Under the pieces are notes generated by a model. That model was not told where the DNA came from. It was given only the letters and a program-made list of their open reading frames with translations, and searched no databases. From Octopus vulgaris (lineage: Eukaryota), in contig OX597816.1 in the NCBI GenBank assembly GCA_951406725.2, positions 33,976,001 through 34,040,000 on the forward strand: a stretch of 64,000 bases of DNA. The letters are read 5' to 3'. The translations under genes were made by a program, and so were the position numbers. Positions 13,101 to 24,745 of this stretch are shown piece after piece (positions within the stretch are counted from its first letter, which is position 1; every line of letters starts with the position of its first letter).

Positions 13101-15385
13101 CTGGCGTGCTTGTTTTCTAGAGCGTGCATATGTTGCATAGGAAATGAGTTAGGAAACTCTTGACACATATTAACATCAGGTAATTCAAAACATGCATACT
13201 CCTGAATATCCGACAATCTCTAGAATGATATCAATTATTTCAAAAGAGGTAGTTGTGTAATTAATTCGTGCACCTTTGTCGCTTTTTCTAGGAAGAGGAT
13301 CGGACTCATCTGTCTGTTCAATGACAGCAGCATTTAGTTTACTCTGACCATGCTTTATGTTGAGTGGTTTACGGCGTAGGATATGAAAGATTTTTCCAGC
13401 TTGAGAAAGTATGTCATGAATGTAATTGATGAAAAACATGAATGTGAAATCATTCAACATTGCCAATGGATTGTCTGTTTGATAAAGTGTATCTTCATCC
13501 TACATTTCATTAGACCCAAGAATACGTGTGTAGGCACTTTTCAAGTTTTCATGCAATTGTTTTATGGATGATACAGTTCTTGATCTATAGAACCACCTTG
13601 TTTCGCACAGTGATGCAATACTGACATAAAACAGCCTGAAAATGTTTTCTTTTCTCAGCTTGGTACTGGAAGATGTAAATTTACTAAATGCACGTAAATG
13701 AGAAAAATACATTTTTACTTCACTCATCTTCTCGGCACTTTTACTCGAAACAAATTTAATCATATGCGCATAGCAGTGAAATAAGTGCGCGTGTATAAAT
13801 ATTTTATCCCTTGGCTTGCACCGTACTCCGTTTAGCGTTCCTGTCATTACAGCTGCTCCGTCGTAAGTCTTGCTCACGAAATCATCTCTAGCGTCACTGA
13901 AGGTGTTCAACGCAGTTGTGATCACATCAGCCGGTCTTGTAGCACTTTTTATCATCACTGACTTCGTAGAATCCAAAGAATCGTTTACATGTTTTGTCTT
14001 CATATGCATATACTATTATGATCGACAGTTGGGCATGCATTGCATTGTCTGTTGCTCTGTCAGCTTGTATAGATATAAACGGAGATTTATTACTTCGCTG
14101 CAAATTACACCAGTGATGAAATTTCCAATCACTTGTATTAGATCATTTTGCATTGTGTTTGAGACTCATGAAAACCTTTTCGACCCCTCTTTAGAAGACA
14201 GTCTAGAAGCAAACACGCTGTCGATTTCAGCAAACACTGCAATATTTGACATATTCCTTTATTAAGGCTGTCACTTCCTTCAGCATGTCCAGGTAAAGGC
14301 AACCCTTCTTTACACGGGTATAACACTGATTTAAATATTATCTATTTTCTTCAGCTGCTTTGTAAAGCCGTTCTTTTTCCAGTTTAGCAGGCTCACTAAT
14401 AGCTTTCACAATATCGTATAGTTCGAAAGTCTTCAAGCTTTTAAAATTACTTAAATGACTCACTGATTTACTGTGTTGCTTACAGTCACTCAAGATACTT
14501 TTATAAATTATTATCACTTCCATCTGTCCAAAACTAATTAGATTTTGTTTGAAGCAACAAACATGGCTGGCTAACCGTAGAGCTTCTCTCTGACTCTTCT
14601 TGCACTCAGCCAATCAATCTGATTATACCATTTTATTTGGCATGTTCGAATTCCAACTTTAGTTCTCAATAAAAGAGTCGACCTGCCTGCTCGAACAATT
14701 TCACGTTTTTCCGCCATATTTCTTGAGCCAAATGGCTTTTTTTTAATATCTAGCACTATATATTTCTCCATTACTAGGTTAAGGGTAAAATAAAGCAACC
14801 CTACAAAACACAACCGATCTTTACACACAAAAGCACAGAATAACAGGAATCAAATAACGACAGCGGAGTGCACAGCAAACATCAGCGATATGACTGTCGC
14901 CTGTACTCTTGACTAAACATGCCAGTAAATCTTTTACACCTACCAGGCTCGTTCATATTAGCCCGATTTCTTGGATAATTTTTCCTTCGTTTAAGAATAT
15001 TGTAGAGCGGAAAATTTTCATAGATTGGAATTTAGATCCTAAAATCTATAAAAATTTATTGTTTCAAGAAAAATTGAATTTGCATTTCTTTTATTCTTTT
15101 TTTTACCATTATATATTACAACTTAGGCTATAAATTCTAAGCTCGAATCAGGCGCGAGGGAACGATGTCGAGAGAACGTCTGCTACAAATGATTTTTTTG
15201 ACACAGAGCACCTCTAAGATGGTCGCCAGACGCTAAAAGAAAGTAAATGAACTGCGACCAGGCGCAATAAAAGGGGCCCGCATTATTGACTGCGACTACT
15301 ATATACTTGCAGTCAGTGTTAGCAGAAATTTAATCAGCTTTTATACTCAGGCTAAGTCCTGACAGCCCAAGTGCAGGAATCGCCA

Positions 15386-15388
<3 letters not shown>
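13099..15388 (-). mobile_element. hAT transposon (ZMYM1/Tip100-like transposase), decayed
   Basis: Right end reads CAGTGGCG.. on the minus strand, left end TACTGGCG; both flanks are (TA)n; transposase motifs present inside. Confidence 0.8.
13185..14770 (-). pseudogene. hAT transposase pseudogene
   Basis: RTCQIKWYNQIDWL (TTF-type finger region), GHAEGSDSLNKG, YDGAAVMTGTLNGV, HCYAH, LCETRW; split across ORFs 14571-14828, 14338-14613, 14138-14326, 13500-14009, 13185-13466. Confidence 0.85.
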
Positions 15389-15462
<74 letters not shown>

Positions 15463-16477
15463 TGGTGTGGCTGATCCTTATAGGATAACAATATGTGTGG
15501 AAGATACTATAAGCTGAGAATTTGAAAGTGGATCTGAGTCAGCAATAGAAATAATTAGTAGACGAAGCCGATATGATACTCCATATAGAACAAATAAGTG
15601 AACTAGATAAGAGTACTACAGAAGAGCTGGAATAATATACGTTGTACTATTAATAACATTAAAAATACTTATTTGGTATTAATACATTAAATTTCGAATT
15701 CTAACGTACGGAGTCAGTGTAACAGATTGGTTATAGAAAAATTGGGATAGATAAAAACGATGTTGATGTTAATAGAATGTATTTTCTCACACACAAGAAA
15801 GTTGTAGACTCAAACTAATGGAATCTATATGACAGCAATGCAATTAGTAAATATTTAAACGCTAGTGAAGGAATGCTGATATAATTGATAACGAAATGAA
15901 GTAACAAAATCAATTGCTCATTCTTACTACAAAATAGCGATAATGTGTTTGTCAGAAAGTAACATATCTGAGTGAAATTATTTAGTTTGAACAAAACGGC
16001 AGAAAATTATTTTAAAGTAGATAGGAAGCTAATCCGTAGTCAAGAATTAACACACATGGTTTGGCAGACAGGAAACGTCTAGAGGAAAAACGAACAGTTG
16101 AAAACTATGTGCTAAACGTCGAAACACGAAGACTGATGCTAATTGAAGAAAATGCTGTGTTATGAGTTTCTACAAAAATAAAGAAATATTTTTTTTTTTA
16201 ATATTAAATTAAAACTTAACAATATCAAGAGAACATTCAGCAAGCAGTACCACTGACAATTTATTTCCTGTTTTATATACGTTGCAATGTATATTTTCAC
16301 AAGTATGATCGTGTCTGCCACTAAGGCATTTCACTTATGCTGCCACATCGACGTGGAAGCAGAAAATTTGGAATGCAGGTGTTCGGGATATGGCACATAA
16401 CAAGGGACTTATACATTCACCTGGGACATTCCTCTTCAAGCTTATAAGATGAAGGTACGCATTATAAATATAATCTC

Positions 16478-17092
16478 CTCTACTCAGGGCACAAAGGCCG
16501 AAATTTTGGGGGAGGGGCTAGTCGATTAGATCGACCCAATTACGCAACTGGTACTTAATTTATTGACCCCGAAAAGATGAAAGGCAAAGTCGACCTCGGT
16601 GGAATTTGAACTCAGAAAGTAGAGACAGACGAAATAACGCTAAGAATTTCGCCCGGTGTGCTAACATTTCCGCCATCTCGCCGCCTTTATATATATATTT
16701 TGCTACACTAGGCACAAGGCTCGAAATTTTGGAGATGCGGCTAATCGATTGCATCGCCTTCAGTACGCAACTGGTACATAATTTATCGAACCCAGAAAGG
16801 ATGAAAAGCAAAGTCGACCTCGGTGGAATTTGAACTCAGACCATGAAGACAGACGAAGTATCTATTTCTTTACTACCCACAAGGGGCTAGACACAGAGAG
16901 GACAAACAAGGAAAGACAAAGGTATTAAGTCGATTACATCGACCCCAATGCGTAACTGTTACTTATTTAATCGACCCCGAAAGGATGAAAAGCAAAGTCG
17001 ACCTCGGCGGAATTTGAACTCAGAACGTAACGGCAGACGAAATACGGCTACGCTTTTCGCCCGGCGTGCTAATGTTCCTGCCAGCTCGCCGT
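16478..17092 (-). mobile_element. Three tandem head-to-tail copies of SINE family 2
   Basis: GTCGACCTCGG(T/C)GGAATTTGAACTCAGA occurs three times (~16589, ~16813, ~16997); head GGCGAGCTGGCAG on the minus strand. Confidence 0.85.
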
Positions 17093-17619
17093 CTTACAAT
17101 GGTGGTGGTGGTGGTGGCAGAGCTAGAATTTTCAAAACTGATGAGTAACCAATATGGTATTTCATCTCTGTTTTTAAGACTTGTTCTTGCTGCTGTTGTT
17201 GCCTCCATGATTGTTGTTGCAACTGTCGTTGCCTCCTCGTAGTAACTGGTGCAGACAATGGTGGTAATGCTAGTGCAGCTCTCATACATGATTTCATTTG
17301 TATTGTTTTCGTCTGGAATGTTATTCACATTGCTGCTGTTGTTCGTAAATTCTTTGCTAACTGGTGATAGTGGGAACTTAGTATTGGTAATATGTAACTC
17401 TACCCTGGTTTGCGAGGCCATATTGTTTTGTTTACTTTTAAAACGTTACTTCTCTATTGACATGGCTTAAAATTCATTCACACAGCCAGCTAACCTCGAC
17501 ACGATTCTACTTAGCTGCAGAACAATATGATAAAAGAAAAACAGAAAGTTCAGCAAATTTAACATTAGCTAATATGACGTATTTCTCTTGTAAACACAAC
17601 AGCAAACCACGAAGCACAA

Positions 17620-17812
<193 letters not shown>

Positions 17813-17814
17813 AA

Positions 17815-18270
17815 TCATTATTCCGAGAGGTGGCTATTTACTTTGACCATCGAACAGATGTCGCTGTATATTGCAGTGATCCAGCCTCTGAAAACGAGAC
17901 CGAAACGAGCCGCCTTGAGGACAAACACCAAGTACAGATGGTCGACCCTATCAAATGCTTTCGATTGTTTCAAATGTATCAGGGTCCCACCCATGCCAGT
18001 TTCTTTACCAAGCCTCTCTATGTTGCATCGTGCGATGTGGAGGTTGTCGCGTATAGTTCTGTTGGGGAGAGAGCACAAGTCTGTACATCACCCACAAGTA
18101 TATCAACGACAAGGTCCAACTTCTTTGCTAACATATTGGCCATCATTTTGTAATCTGTATTTAGCAGAGTTACCGGCCTAAAATTATCAACAATGTCCCT
18201 CTTGTTTGGATCCTTTGTCAGCAGCGTCACCACACCTCGGATCATAAGGTAAATATCCAGCCATGCCCAA
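17815..18270 (-). pseudogene. L1-clade (Tx1-like) reverse transcriptase fragment
   Basis: RGVVTLLTKDPNKRDIVDNFRPVTLLNTDYK..VQTCA/PNRTIRDNLH..KQSKAFDRVDH..WITAIYS..VKVNSHLSE, one frameshift. Confidence 0.9.
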
Positions 18271-18544
18271 CTGGTGGCGTTTACCATTTTCGAGTTTCCT
18301 TGTCTTTATGTTCACGCAATTGCAGAGAACTGTCCATTTGGCTGTTGCTTCAAAGACCTCGCTGGGAGGTGTTAGATCTGCTTTCCTTCCATTCATTTTC
18401 ATGTATTTTACTTCCTTGTTTACTTTCACTAATTTGTTCTCCAACGAGATGTTAACAAATACCCGCTGCTAACTCCATTTTTGTTAGATTCTTCGCGGCA
18501 GTTGCTTTCAAGATTGTTCTTCGTGCTACTACAATTTCCAAAGA

Positions 18545-18985
18545 GGAAGACTTTATACTTTCCTTCCTCTTTCCTTCATTCTTATTTCCTCTTCTTTCTT
18601 CTTTTCTTGACTCTTCATTTCTTTTTCTTCTTCTTCTTCTCCTTCTTCTTCTCATTCTTCTTCTTCTTCTTCTTCTGCTTCTGCTTCTTCTTCTTCTTCT
18701 TCTTCTACTTATTTTCTTCTTCTTCTTCTACTTATTTTCTTCTTCTTCTTCTTCTTCTTCTTCTTCTTCTTCTTCTCCTTCTTCTTCTTCTTCCTCTTCT
18801 ACTTCATTCTTCTACTTCTTTTCTTCTTGTTCTACTTCTTTTCCTTCTTCTTGTTCTACCTCTTTTCTTCTTCTTCTTCTACTTCTGTTCTTCTTCTTCT
18901 TCTTCTTCTTCTTCTTCTCCTCCTCCTCCTTATTCTTCTTGTTCTTGTTCTTGTTCTTCTTATTCTTATTCTTATTCTTCTTCCT
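18545..18985. repeat. (CTT)n low-complexity tract
   Basis: Directly visible. Confidence 0.95.
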
Positions 18986-19293
18986 GCTGTCTACCCCCAA
19001 TCATGGTAGGGAGAACAGGGAAGACCTCATGGAAATTGCTGTACCAACTTCCATACTCACTCCCGCTTTTCGTCGCTATCTTCAATGATTACTTTCTTCG
19101 AAGCAAATTTTCGATGAAATTTGAAAACAAAAGGGATAGAATCAACCCCTAAATGAGGATTTCGGTAACAAAAGTCAGTTCCACAAGTGGGCAGCTGGCT
19201 TGCAAAAGGATTTAGTATAGAATCTTTTAAACAGTGGAATTAGTCATAAACGTACAGCCCGCTCCAAAAGCACACCTGTAGCTATGGCAATAA

Positions 19294-19384
<91 letters not shown>

Positions 19385-19386
<2 letters not shown>

Positions 19387-19689
19387 GAAGGAATGATCAA
19401 GAAGGGAACCGAAAATTATATGAGAATGATCCCTGGCTTACCATCCCTGCAAGAAGTGCAAAAGATTGTCTTAACTGTTTCATCACACGTATTGAGAAGA
19501 GCATTGTCGATGTGAGAACTATTACTACACATGTATTTTAATTTAACTTTAAAAAAATTAATGAACTAGTGAGTTTAGTTTAATGGCCTACCAATGTATA
19601 TTATGAGTTTTTTTGCCCTAGGAGTCGGGAAGACAATCGGCAAGAAATGGAAGTAAATTTGAAAGAAAACAAAAAAAGGAAGAAAAATG

Positions 19690-19690
<1 letters not shown>
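19385..19690 (+). mobile_element. R4/Dong-like 3' end (ORF C-terminus + 3' UTR) between (TAA)n tracts
   Basis: GMIKKGTENYMRMIPGLPSLQEVQKIVLTVSSHVLRRALSM* matches the RLE-LINE C-terminus; (TAA)n on both sides. Confidence 0.8.
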
Positions 19691-19759
<69 letters not shown>

Positions 19760-19826
19760 TAATAATAATAATAATAATAACAATAATAATAATAATAATA
19801 ATAATAACAATAATAATAATAATATA

Positions 19827-20385
19827 CCCTGATGCAGTACCAGGCAGTGGCTTTCATGATTTCTGTTCTTAACTGATTGGAAGTGTCATCATATACATTG
19901 TTTTGTCTTGGTATAAAAGATGGGCTACAGCAAATATCCTGCTCAATGCCACAGATTTGCTTGTCAGTTGCTTGACCGTAACCAGTTGAGCATGCCCCAT
20001 AGTGGCTGACGATATGTGCATCTCTGATCACGAGCAGAAGTAGTGGGGGAGCATCACAGTCATGTGTTTAGGGGAATTCTTTGGGGTTTGAATAATTCAC
20101 CTCTGGAAACATAGGTATTTTGTTCATAATCCTTAAACCAACCTTCTTCAGGGACCTTTTGAGCGGGATGGGTTACTCGACCAGAAGAAAATTCTAACCG
20201 AGCCCCACCTGCAAGGTCATGCGCTGTTTATCTTGATATGAGATCACCATGTCGCGCACATATAGTTGTGATGCATGTGCCTGGTGTACAGGCACATACC
20301 TGGTGTAAAGACAGGTATACTGGGCTTCGTATATTTTACCCCAGTGTCACTTTGAAGGCATGCACTGCTCTCTCGCTAATTAACA
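19827..20385. mobile_element. Unclassified interspersed repeat between (TAA)n/(ATT)n tracts
   Basis: Diverged partial second copy at 27155-27310 (agcaaatat.ctgctcaat.ccacag.tttgcttgtcagttg.ttgacc). Confidence 0.6.
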
Positions 20386-20389
20386 ATAG

Positions 20390-20392
20390 TAA

Positions 20393-20440
<48 letters not shown>

Positions 20441-20522
20441 CATTATTATTATAAGGAGAAGAAGGAGGAGGATGAGCAGGATGAGGAGGAGAAGAAGGAG
20501 AAGAAGAAACAGAAGAAGAAAC

Positions 20523-20555
<33 letters not shown>

Positions 20556-20637
20556 AGAAGAAGAAGAAGAAGAAGAAGAAGAAGAAGAAGAAGAAGAAGA
20601 AGAAGAAGAAGAAGAAGAAGAAGAAGAAGAAGAAGAA
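20390..20637. repeat. (ATT)n + (GAA)n microsatellites
   Basis: Directly visible. Confidence 0.95.
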
Positions 20638-20994
20638 TCTTGGAATTGAGATACTTATTGCGGTCAAGCAGAAAAATAACGTAATGCCTTCTGTAAAATC
20701 CCAAAGAAACATCGTTGCTATTCGATGAGATGTTGAAAGGAATGGAACGAAGATTTTTAACCGACGCTTTAACGTTCTTGCCACTTAACTGCCTACAATA
20801 ACTATCACTAGCTTGGGCACAATGTCTGCAATTTAGAAGGGAGAGCAATTAGTCGATTTCATTGAATTCAATTATTGACGCATAGGTCGTATTATCGACT
20901 AATGAAGTCAGAAAAACAAAGTTATTTGTGGCAACATTTAAAATTATAATGTCTATATGCCCCAACAAAATAAATACGATGCCGTGGAAAGTAT

Positions 20995-21180
20995 CAAAAC
21001 TAAACACCGTAACGTTAAATTGTCTCACGTCCTGTAAATATACTAAAGCAATTCCAGTACCGTTAATTGATCGGACATCGAGTATAAAGTGTGAAGACTA
21101 AATACGGTAACGTTAATTTGTAGGACGTCGTTTAATATAGCAAATCAAATTAACGTAACTTTAATTTGTCGGAAAATATC
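20995..21180. repeat. Degenerate ~49-bp minisatellite, 4 units
   Basis: gtaacgttaa(a/t)ttgt..ggac-like motif at ~21008, 21056, 21106, 21154. Confidence 0.55.
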
Positions 21181-22220
21181 TCACTCGTTAAGCCATAGTA
21201 ATAATTTCTAAAATCGATATGAAATTCTAATATTTTGCATTCTACCCCAGTTCCGCATCGGTTCTTAATATTTAAAAGCCAAAACATTGAAAGGTAAGGT
21301 AGATAAGAATCGAAAGTGGAATAAAATGTTTTTATTTCAATACTGTAATGCATGTTGTTTGATGTAGTTGCAAATATTGTCAACCAGCACTTATAATGAC
21401 AACAATATTTCATTCTAACCGTAATTAGATATTGACTCCGGGGATATATATATATGTATATATACCCTTTTGTGTTGGACTACGGTCACTGTCATATCGA
21501 ACTTTTCCTCTGCCGTAAGGTTTAATTCCCAACACACCAGTTGAACTCAGTTCATATCCAGTCGAAAGACGCCTGTTGGTATGTCCTGTTATTATTATTT
21601 TTATTGTATTTTTGTATTATATTTGTATTTATATTCGTGTAACATCGTCCGTTTTTCCGTCCTTGTTCCGTGTACATTCGATCATTTTTCCAAGGAATCT
21701 AATGCTGTTAGTTTAGTTTTCACCTGGGGCTCGCCAGATTGTAGCAATCTCAAGATTAATCAACCGAAATTGCGAGGATGATCCGGTTCTTGACCGAAGA
21801 TTAAAGATTTCCAATGACCCGTCCGTGTATTTTGTATCGTCTATCTAGGTGTTTTACGTTCTTGTCCCATTTTGCATTATATATATATATATCTTATTGA
21901 GGATTGAACAGACAGATGACTACAAGAAAAAAAGTAGAGCAAACGGTTAACTAGTCGGAAACGTAACTGACGGGGAATATAGACAAAGTTATGATACACG
22001 GATATTCGCAGCAGAGTTATCCTCGTCATTCAATGAACCAAAATATCATCGTGGTTTCGCACCATGATTATTGAGACGACTCAACCTTAGAGGTGCCAGT
22101 GCTGTTATTAATATTTTGGGAAAAAAGCTACAGAAACAAACAGTACAATATAAAAATACAACAGACGAATAATTATGTATATAGAATTACGCAAAGCCTT
22201 ACGACATTACACAACAGAAT

Positions 22221-22290
<70 letters not shown>

Positions 22291-22676
22291 TACTCCTTTA
22301 CTTGTTTCAGTCATTTGACTGCAGCCATGCTGGAGCAACGCCTTTAGTCGATCGAATCGACCCCCGGGACTTATTCTTTGTAAGCCCAGTACTTATTCTA
22401 TCGGTTTCTTTTGCCGAACCGCTAAGTGACGTGGATGTAAACACATCAGTATCGGTTGTCAAGCAATGCTAAGGGGACAAACCCAGACACGCAAACACAT
22501 ACACACAAACATATATATATACATACATATATACGACAGGCTTCTTTCAGTTTCCGTCTAGCAAATCCACTCACAAGGCTTTGGTCGGCCTAGGGCAATA
22601 GCAGAAGACACTTGCCCTAGATGCCACGCAGTGGGACTGAACCTGGAACCATGTGGCTGGGTAGCAAGCTACTTAC
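22291..22676 (-). mobile_element. SINE family 1
   Basis: High identity to the other family 1 copies. Confidence 0.9.
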
Positions 22677-23532
22677 TTTTATATATATATAAAAGTAAGG
22701 TTCAGTTGAATTAGTTGAATCGAGGGACCTTGCCAGTTCGGTACATTCAGCAGAGCCCCAATAGGGAGATGAAAGCCCAGAGTACTCTCAGTCGTATTAC
22801 AGCTCAGAATGTAACGTGCTGTTACTAAATACAAAGCGTTTTATGACCCTCTGACGATTCTAAATTGTCTTGACAATTTTAAAATATTTTTAGTAATACA
22901 GTAATATAATTGATTTATCACCATCAGCCAGAATATAATAGGCGACTGTCAGTGGATTTCATTCTAAATGTTTGAAGTCCACATGGCACATAATACCTTC
23001 TAAATATAAATAACTACACTACTACTCCTTTATCATGGCCTCCATTCTCCTCTGCTACTCTCTTAATTATAACAGACTTAATAAGACATGCATTATTTTC
23101 TAAACTCACTCTGCCACAGATAAAACATAAGGAAACAATGTAATTATTTTGGTTTCTATTATATAAGTAAGTTTGTTTGAAATGGTTTGTCCATTATCCG
23201 TGAAATCTGTATGGTCATCGGCATGTGAAGTGAGCAGTTTCTTTCAAATCGATTGATCAATTAAATGGAGCCGCTAGGAACGGCAGCAATGCATTGACAC
23301 CTGTACATCCTTGTTACTTATTTATATGATATGTAAATATATATATATATTGACGCATAAATAAATACATAAATATAAATACATAAATGCAAGCAGATAA
23401 TATTAATGACTATTATTGCAGATTTTATTGATTCAGAGTTTGACTGGTAATCTATTTTATCGACCTTGAGGAGATGAAAGGCTAGAGTTTTCTCAGTCGT
23501 ATTTCAACACAGAATATAACGTGCCTTTACTA

Positions 23533-24745
23533 TCAGGTCATCCCATAAGTTCTGTCCGAATTTTGAATAAAAAAAACGAGTGATCAATTGTTATATTTAA
23601 TTGAAATTTAATAATCAATGTACTTTCCCCGATTATCTATGAGTTCCTTCTATCTATTTACAAGCATTTTAATCCCATTAATGTAAAACTCCTTTCATTT
23701 CAAAGTGAAGAACTCTGAAATTTCTGTTTCCTCTTTGCTTGTGAAGGTTATGTCCCCCAATTGATTCTGTAAACTACGAACCAAATGGAAGTCTGATAGA
23801 GACCAAGATCGGGAAAATAAGGTGGATGAGGAATTTTTTCCAAACAAGCTCTTCAATATTCTGTGATGTAATCTATGTGGTCGCACATTGTCCTGATAAA
23901 ACATCACTCCTTTTCGATTCACTACTAAAGTGGGTAATGTTTCTTCAAACCTTGGTTCAAATGATCTAATAGCTGACAGTAGACTTGAGCATTGATTGTT
24001 GAAGTGATTTACTCATTTGCAATCGCACCAGATAGAGAGAAGAAATTTCTCCGTGATGGTTGAGCTTTCCCCTTTAACCAAGCCACAGTTTACGACGTTT
24101 AACATTTCGATAGAATATCCATTTTTTGTCACTAGTCACAATTTTATCCAAAATGGGTGAATTGAGTTAGCGAGAATGCAGAGAAGAGCAGATGTCAACT
24201 CGGGATTTGCGGTTGCTTTCGGGCAATTCATGAGTCACCTGTCCAAGTTATTGTTGATGACGATGAACAGTTGTATGTTTTGAACTAAGCTTTATTGTCA
24301 ATTCTTCAAGCGATAACGTATGATTTCCTTCAGGTAGTAACTCAAGGAGCTTATGATCAAGCTTAACTGGATTGCACAAAAACACAGCAATTCAGATGTG
24401 GCTGAAATCTCCACTTCTGAGTTTTGCAAACCATCTTCTGCAAGTTCTTTTATTCAAGAATTCGTTTCCATAATCTGAGTGTATGTTTCGAGTCGCTTCA
24501 GCTGCAGAATTAATTTCCTTTCTTGTACTCGTAAAGCATTATGGGCCTTAAATGCTCTTTTGATACTTCCACGTTAGAAATGGTTTTAATCAAAGAAATT
24601 TTAATACTATTATTCTGTAAAATACTATTTAATTAGTTTAAATGAAAAAAATGCATAAAAATAATTTAAAATTTCATTAAATACTACTAAATTACATTCA
24701 ATTTTAAAAAAGGTAAAATTGGACCGATTTTATGAGATGATGTGA
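23533..24745 (-). mobile_element. mariner (DD34D) transposon, decayed
   Basis: TIRs TCAGGTCATCCCATAAGTTCTGTCC / GGACCGATTTTATGAGATGATGTGA, TA duplication; peptides IVTSDKKWIFYRN, YQDNVRPH, SDFHLVRSLQNQL. Confidence 0.9.

Noticed and set aside
17020-17421. 133-aa Thr-rich ORF as a host exon
   Set aside because: It runs into a SINE, looks like decayed (ACA/GCA)n, and shows no recognisable domain or clear splice sites.
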